From Batkoa obscura (Eukaryota), in NCBI GenBank assembly GCA_030770535.1, contig JASVEC010000002.1:2170001-2234000 (forward strand): a DNA stretch of 64,000 nucleotides. The letters are read 5' to 3'. Under the pieces are notes generated by a model. That model was not told where the DNA came from. It was given only the letters and a program-made list of their open reading frames with translations, and searched no databases. This document shows, piece after piece, positions 56,655 through 64,000 of the stretch. The first letter of the stretch is position 1, and each line of letters begins with the position of its first letter. The position numbers and the translations under genes were made by a program.

Positions 56655-56753
56655 GGGAGTGTTTTTTTTGGCTTCATTACTTTTTCCATCTTTTAAGCGC
56701 TATTTGCGTGGAAAAATTACTAGCAAAATCCTTAAATACAAAAATACATCCCC
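56655..56753. mobile_element. MITE A
   Basis: GTAT|GGGAGTGTTTTT...ATACATCCCC|GTAT; a distinct, perfect 4-bp TSD. Confidence 0.92.
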
Positions 56754-57859
56754 GTATATTTAAATAATATACCCTTGTTACAAAAAGTTAGAAAGGATTT
56801 TAAAGTTTGACGGCAGTCTATATAAGTACTGATAATAAAGTATTATTCCTTAGGGGTTTATTATACCCTATATACTTTTGGGTATTTTGATGAATTTACT
56901 TACAAGTAACCATTTATTAGCTTAACGCACCAAATATTATGCCATTAATTAAAACTAAATTTAAGGCCATCTTCTTATTTAGTTTTTAACTCTCCTTATA
57001 ATAACTTTTTATTAATATAGTTGCGAAATTTGAATTCATCTTTTAATTAAAGAATTCTATGTTAAATAAAAGCGTTTTTTATAAAGTGAGCATGATACTT
57101 GATGAAATTAAAGCTATATGTAAGAGATAACATGATACCAATAGCCGAGTAATATATAAACCTTGAAAATAGCCGCATTGGTAGCATTTTATTCCTACTT
57201 TGTTATGAAAAACATATTCTTTTTGAACTTTCTCCACATATCATTTCTCAATTAATTGTTTTAATTGAATGAAGACAAGTGTTTTGACATTCGAGCTTTT
57301 AAGAACAAATAGAACATTATTTATCTAATTTTTATCAAAATAATGAAATGATTTCAGCTTTCCAAAGGATGTTTGTTATGAAACCATCCTATTTTTAAAA
57401 GATAATACAATTTCATTATATGAAGCTTGCAATTTGACTCCCCTAAATCAAAAATAATGTGATTCCTCTTATCATTGAATTATAATTTATAATAAAAATT
57501 AATGAATAAAAAATGGTACGATAAATAAACTGAAATATTAAAAATTAAACTAACAAACCTATTTAAAGTTGAACAGCTTTTAATTGGTCAAAAATCTCAA
57601 AAAAGAAAGGGTTATCTTACCATTTTTCTTAATAAAGAGATATGAATTTAATCAACCTGTTATGAGGAAAAATGGGATGATATCTGATTTGATATGATTG
57701 GACGTTCTGGGTGTGAAAGTTGGTGAAAGTAGCCGACAAATTAAAAAAATTTAAAATCGAATCACAATTTTAAATAGAACTACTATTTAAACCTGGTAAT
57801 TACCGAGAGTGATATTTACTTTTTTTAAACTTTTAAAACAAAATAAATTTAATATCATA

Positions 57860-59698
57860 ATGACTGCTGAAGCTAACTCTTACCCCGAAAATGTTGGTAT
57901 CGTTGCTGCCGATATCTATTTCCCTAAAAGAGTAAGTTATTTTGACTATTATGTTAAACAAGTACTAAATAATTTATTTATTATAGTATGTTGCTCAAGA
58001 TGAACTAGGTAAATTTACTCAAATTCTATCTTAGATAGTTATTAAATACTTGTGTAGAACAATTCGATGGCGTATCTGCAGGAAAATATACTATTGGATT
58101 AGGACAAACAAATATGGCTTTCTGTGGGGATTCAGAAGGTAAATAGATAATAATAGTAATAATAGCTTAAACTTAATTGAATTTATTTTAGATATTAACT
58201 CAATTTGTCTTACTGGTAAGAAATATAGTATATTATTATTATTAAGCCATACTCATTTTTGAATAGTTGTAAAATCCCTTATGGAAAAATTTAATATTGA
58301 TTATAAAAACATTGGAAGAATGGAAGTAGGAACTGAAACTGTTATTGATAAATCAAAATCTGTAAAGACTGCTTTAATGGAATTATTTAAAGAAAGTGGA
58401 AATTATGATATTGAAGGAGTTGATACTACTAATGCTTGTTATGGAGGTACTTCAGCATTATTTAATGCTATCTCTTGGGTAGAGTCAAGCTATTGGGATG
58501 GTCGCTATGCTTTAGTAGTTTGCGGAGATATTGCTGTTTACAACAAAGGCCCTGCTAGACCTACTGGTGGCTGTGGTGCTGTTGCTATGTTGGTTGGTAA
58601 AAATGCACCAATTGTTTTTGATCGTGGACTTAGAGCCTCCCATATGGAACATGTTTATGATTTTTATAAGCCTGATCTTATGTCTGAATATCCAGTCGTA
58701 AATGGCGTTTTATCCGTTGAATGCTATCTTCGTTCTGTTGATAATTGTTATTCTCTTTACAAGAAAAAATTTGAAGCAAAGGTAAACTCAAATCATTTTT
58801 TAGTTAAATACATTAACTCAATTATTTTAGAATCCCGGATCTAAAGTAACAACTGATCATTTTGATTACTCTTTGTTCCATTCTCCATACACAAAATTAG
58901 TGCAAAAATCCTATGGAAGATTTGTAAGTATTTTACTACACTTGAATTAATATGATTTAACTGATTTTTAGGCTTTTAATGATTTCTTAGATAACCCAAA
59001 TGACCCACGTTTTGCTGGTGCTGAAGAGTTTAAGGTAAATTACCTTACGAATTAATTAGTATTTTCCTTAAAATTGATAATTTAGAGCCTTAAACGTGAG
59101 GATACCTATGCCAATAAATTAGTTGAAAAAGCATTTATTAACTATTCAAAGAAAGAATTTGGAAGCAAAGTCTCACCAACTTTATTAGCAGCTCGTCAAC
59201 TTGGTAATATGTATACTGCTTCCGTTTATGGAGGTCTTGTCTCTTTATTATGTGAAATCCCCAGTGAAGATTTGGTAATTTAATTTAATAATTAATTTAA
59301 TAAATATATTTATCTTTTTTTATATAGTTGAATAAAAGAGTATCCATTTTCTCTTATGGATCTGGATCAGCATCTTCCTTGTTTTCTTTCACGATAGTGG
59401 GATCTGTACAAGCTATAGCTGACAAGATTGCATTAAGGAATAGATTAGAATCTCGTACTAAGGTTGAGCCTGCTGAATTTGATAAGGTAACTTAATATAT
59501 TAATATTGTTAAGAGAAACTAAATTTTAATACCAATTAGGTCATGCAATTAAGAGAAACTACTCATCATCTACACCCCTATAAACCTCAAGAATCCCTTG
59601 ATAACCTTTTCCCAAATACCTTTTATCTCACTAATTTAGATGAGAAATCACAACGTGATTATGCAATTTCTTCTCCAGTTTCTAATGGTTTACATTAA
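57860..59698 (+). CDS. ERG13: HMG-CoA synthase
   Basis: [63 protein letters not shown]. Confidence 0.96.
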
Positions 59699-60035
59699 GT
59701 TTGTACCGATTTAAAATTATATAATCTTTAAATTTTAATAAAATATTAATATATATAATAATTAATCTAGTACTTTTAATAATATTTATATTTATATTTA
59801 TAAAATATCACTTGATAACTCACTTTCATTTCCTACTTTAATTTAGAGTAGTTAATTTAAAAGCAAATCGAATGTTTCTAACCTTAAAATAGCAACTTAC
59901 TCTTAAAATTTATTTTCAACTGAATAATAAAGCTACAAAATGATTGGTTTAAAGGATCGAAATTTGTCTCATAGTAGACTAAAATATAACTTATCTCTCT
60001 CATATAACTAATAATTCTTAAATTCAATACTAAAG

Positions 60036-60831
60036 ATGGGATGTTGTGGAAGTAAAGCAAATAACTCAGAGGTAAGTTAATAAGTTCATTAGTTATTGTA
60101 TTTTCAATAGAAAGTCTTAAATAAGTTTAAAAGTGAATTAACTCTCTTTATAGCCTAATGAAAGTACTCATCTACTAAGTAGTAGTAACCCCATTACAGA
60201 ACCCTTAGCGTAAACAGAGTTTTAATTTATTAAAATAAGATATTAATATTAATTAGCGGTCAACCCAACATGGAAGCTCAAAATTATGAAGCGGAAATAC
60301 TTGAAAGAGAAGCAGCAACGTTGAATGAAATTGTTCAAAAAACAGCAGAGTAAAACAGAGATAATGTTATAATATTATAACATTAAATGGTTAATTAGGA
60401 ATCTTATTGATATTTCGCGTATTCATTCAATTGAAAGGGTTAAAATACAAGATGGTAATTTACGTTCCGAAGAATATCAGTAATTAATTTTTTTAATTTT
60501 AAAAATTGGATTTAATGAAATTTTTAGACAAGCGATCAATGACACAAGTAAATTTGAACTTTTAGATAAAGATCAAAAGAGATTAAGTCAATTATTCGAT
60601 CTACCATTATCATCAAGTCACAATAATACAAACATGGAAGCTAGAGAAGATAAAGTAGAACAAATGTTAGGAATGACATTGAGTCCTAATAACCGACGTA
60701 AAATGGAAAGTTTAAACAATTTATCTATTAAGTTAGCTAATCAGTTGGAAGAAATTCATGTGGATTCTACTAATGAATTCATTGTTCCTTTAACATTTGG
60801 ATCTAATACACCTACTATTTCTAATCATTAA
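60036..60831 (+). CDS. LAMTOR1/Ego1(Meh1)-like lipid-anchored Ragulator subunit
   Basis: MGCCGSK myristoylation/palmitoylation start; ESTHLL dileucine signal; LNEIVQKTAENLIDIS. Confidence 0.7.
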
Positions 60832-61218
60832 GTTAAAGCCTTTTTATTAGTATATTTAATTTGGTAGCATTTGTAGATCTTTGATTAATATTATGAGACT
60901 TTTAATAGAATTTTTAATTGATATTTTAACTTTTTGGGGTCTAAAAGAAACTATTATTAGTTTGTTTTAAATGTATCGGGTTTTTTTTAATTAAAATTAA
61001 TAGTATGTTTATTCATATCAAACTTTCAAATTACCACTACTATTATCATTTTTGGTCGTTTTAAATTAAAGATATAAAATATAGTTCTTGGTATTGTTCA
61101 TTAAAAATAACTAAATTTTAAAGTATTTTTTACTTTCTTTTAAATGAATAGCAATTTCAAGAATAAAATTTTGTAAGTATTCTTACTCGGTAAATTCAAT
61201 TTTAAGATTATACAATAT

Positions 61219-61317
61219 GAGAGTGTTTTTTTTGACTTCATTACCTTTTCTATCTTTTAAGCACTATTTGAGTAGAAAGATTGTTAGTAAAATTCTTAAA
61301 CACAAAAACACAGCCCC
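61219..61317. mobile_element. MITE A
   Basis: ATAT|GAGAGTGTTTTT...ACACAGCCCC|ATAT. Confidence 0.9.
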
Positions 61318-61798
61318 ATATTCTCTTTTGTCAATCTAAAACTAACCACAAACTTAAACACAGTATCTTTGAATTCAATATAGCTAAATGCGATGCTTCC
61401 TTATTTCTATTTTTATTCCCTAAATAATTAAAATTTAAGGATCATTAATAAATCTTAAAATGACTCATGTCGCTTTTACTAAATTATAAGTTATACAAAT
61501 GTACGTAAGCAAGAATAAAATGATATTAAATGAATAAAAAGTAATAAAAAAAATTTATTTGAATAAAGGTTTTATACTGGATACGGATAAAGATATTTTT
61601 TATATAAAGATAACTTAAAAATGCTATCTTTAGGATTTTTAAGGCATATTAAATGGGGAATTTATTAGAACAGATTATTAAAGATTGAATCCCTAATAAC
61701 AATAAAAAATAACTGAAATAGTTATTAGATGAATCTCACTACATTATACTTTAGAAATATCGTTATACATAACTGAGAAACTCATCTACTTTGTTGGT

Positions 61799-63066
61799 TT
61801 AAGATGATGATGGCTTATTACAGTAGGCATTTAAAAATTTCTTTTTAGCCTCACTACAAGTGGCTTTTTCTTTCATAATAGAACAAAGATTGTCAAGATC
61901 AAAATCAAATTCTTCTTTTGGAAGTTGGGTTTGTTCAACATAATCCTTAAATTGTTGTTCCATAAATTGTTGTCCCTGAGCAATAGATGGATCGCTCTTA
62001 TTAGTATCCCCAGAAACTCCTGCAGATAATGGATCATAAGCTAAAGCATGATCTGCAAATAAAACTGGGTCAAAGTTCATATAATTTAAATTTCCAAGTC
62101 CAGTTGGATCAAGTGGGTTATAACCTGCTAATCCTGGATTAACCCCAAAGTTTAAACTAGGATCATAAACAGGTTGTTTATAAAGATCGAGATTTGGTTG
62201 TAAAAGGTATGAATTATCTGTAAGTGAAGGCATTAAGTTAGAAAGTGGATCATTATATAAAGGTGGCATCATATAACTTAAAGAATTATAAGCAGCATCA
62301 TTAGAGAATCCAAGAAGTGGGGTAGAATTAAAATCTAAAGGAAGAGCTGCAAATGCATCATGAGGAAGTGCATCACTAATTAATGGCGTTTGAAGTGTAG
62401 AATAACCTGTGTTTACTGTGTCTGAAGTTTGTTCATCCGGAGATGAACTTTTCTTTTGGGCTGATTCTGAGCTAGTAGAAGAAGGTAATTCAGCGGATGA
62501 AGATCTCTCAGTCTCTGGAGTTGCTTGAGCTCCACTTTCCTTTTTTAAATCTGAATCTTTTAAGTTTTTACTATCGAAAGTTTCAGGTAACCCTGTTTTT
62601 GCTCTTTTGGTCAATTGCTCAAAATAGGCCAGTTTTTCTTGCAATTGTTGATTTTCTTCATTGGCTTGTTTGTTTGCTTTTTCAAGATCTTCAACTTTGC
62701 TTTCTAAAACTTTAACATAATTTTCTTTACGCTCACGAAACGCTCTTTGTGCTGCTCTGTTTTGGGCAACACGTTTCTAAAATTATTAATATTGATTCTA
62801 ACTTTAAAAGTATTCAAACATACATTAGTTGGCTCTGAAGTGGCTGGTTTACGTCCAGGTTTTTTACGGGCCTTTTCTTCAGAACCTTCTCCATCTGCAT
62901 CTTTATCTATTAATTAATTAAGGTTATATAAAATTATTATTGAATATATAAACCTACCATCTTCATCAACTATTTTTTCAGGTAATGACACAGTGTTATC
63001 TGCAATCTTTCTTTTTTCGTCAATAGATTCCATTAACAATTCTAATCCTTTTTCAACAGAGCACAT
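61799..63066 (-). CDS. Yap1/Pap1-like AP-1 bZIP transcription factor, paralog 2
   Basis: RKKPGRKP, KRVAQNRAAQRAFRERKE; C-terminal DLDNLCSIMKEKATCS. Confidence 0.87.
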
Positions 63067-63927
63067 AATAGTAAATAAATTTAAATAAAATGTCGAAATA
63101 AACTAAAAAACTAAAAATTAAATACTATTGCTTATCACTTTCTATATTTATTGCCCGGAATAAAGTTAAACCTTAGCCAATCATAGTTCTCCTTTGCTGA
63201 ATATTTTTTCGGGATATGGAATTTAATGGACCCGACAATTACACCGGCTTAGCTGCGGGTATTGATTCATATAATTGGTTAATAAAAGATCTAAAAAGGT
63301 GTGAATATCGAATCAAAGTTGAGATTCAATATCGAACTTGTTTATTAATTTTATCATTCAACTCCCTAAAGTCAATTTGGCATTGTTAAAAGCAATGAAT
63401 AATCTTGAAGTTATGATAGTTTCATTTTAAAATTAAACTAAAAGACAAATATAGAAAATGGACTAATCGAGTGGCCCTTTTATTTGCTACTTTCAAATTA
63501 GATCATGGCTTTTATTAAATAAAATTTATTAGAAATTCATTAAGCATTCGAACTCAGCATTCAATTCTTAGTAATGTTATTTACATTAATAGTTCAAAAT
63601 ACAAATTTAGTTGTCATCTTATTAAAATTATTAAAATTTAAATTATCTGGATTCAACGTTATATTATATTACTTACATAGTAAGTATTGTTATTTTGTCT
63701 TTAATATATGAATTAATCCATGAAACAAATCTTAATGCTTATAAAAGATATAAGCCAAACACTAATTATCATATGAATTAAAAAATATTATACATCATTG
63801 TATTTATTTAAAACAGTTCGAGAAGAATTATTTTAATCTTGAAAGAGCTAGAAGAATCTTAATCGGATATTTTTTATACTATATTCTATTTACCCTTTAT
63901 TCAACTTCAAGTTCAAAAGAAATTACA

Positions 63928-64000
63928 TTGTATTTTTTTCTTGACTTCATTTTTTTCTATTCTAAGTGCTCTGTTTAGAGAGAAAAACTATTAGTAAATT
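63928..64000. mobile_element. MITE A, degenerate, cut by window edge
   Basis: GTATTTTTTTCTTGACTTCATT...AAAAACTATTAGTAAATT. Confidence 0.55.

Overview
AT-rich eukaryotic DNA with many short GT-AG introns. Gene content points to an early-diverging fungus; an entomophthoralean such as Conidiobolus/Neoconidiobolus is plausible but only inferred. Recognisable host genes are SMC3, a 7-TM GPCR-like gene, a secreted S8 subtilisin, a cytochrome P450, ACBP, KOG1/Raptor, Rac, ALG10, two Yap1/Pap1-like bZIP paralogs, SLU7, DNM1, a septin, a GST-fold gene, ERG13 and a LAMTOR1/Ego1-like gene. The main accessory signal is a three-part cut-and-paste transposon system. It comprises an intact Sola-like DDD transposase element with 22-bp TIRs (13759-16222), a decayed sister copy (5796-8202), and about 17 copies of a ~100-bp MITE with matching GRG termini and 4-bp AT-rich TSDs. 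Four MITEs and a solo-LTR-like element are nested in the decayed copy, and a fifth MITE sits at its right end. The decayed copy shows a RIP-like CpA/TpG->TpA substitution bias. Pseudogenes missed by the ORF track include a UvrD/Srs2-type helicase, an APH-type kinase, and gypsy RNase H and Cys-rich transposase relics. All alignments and translations were done by eye; no searches were run, and gene boundaries are approximate.
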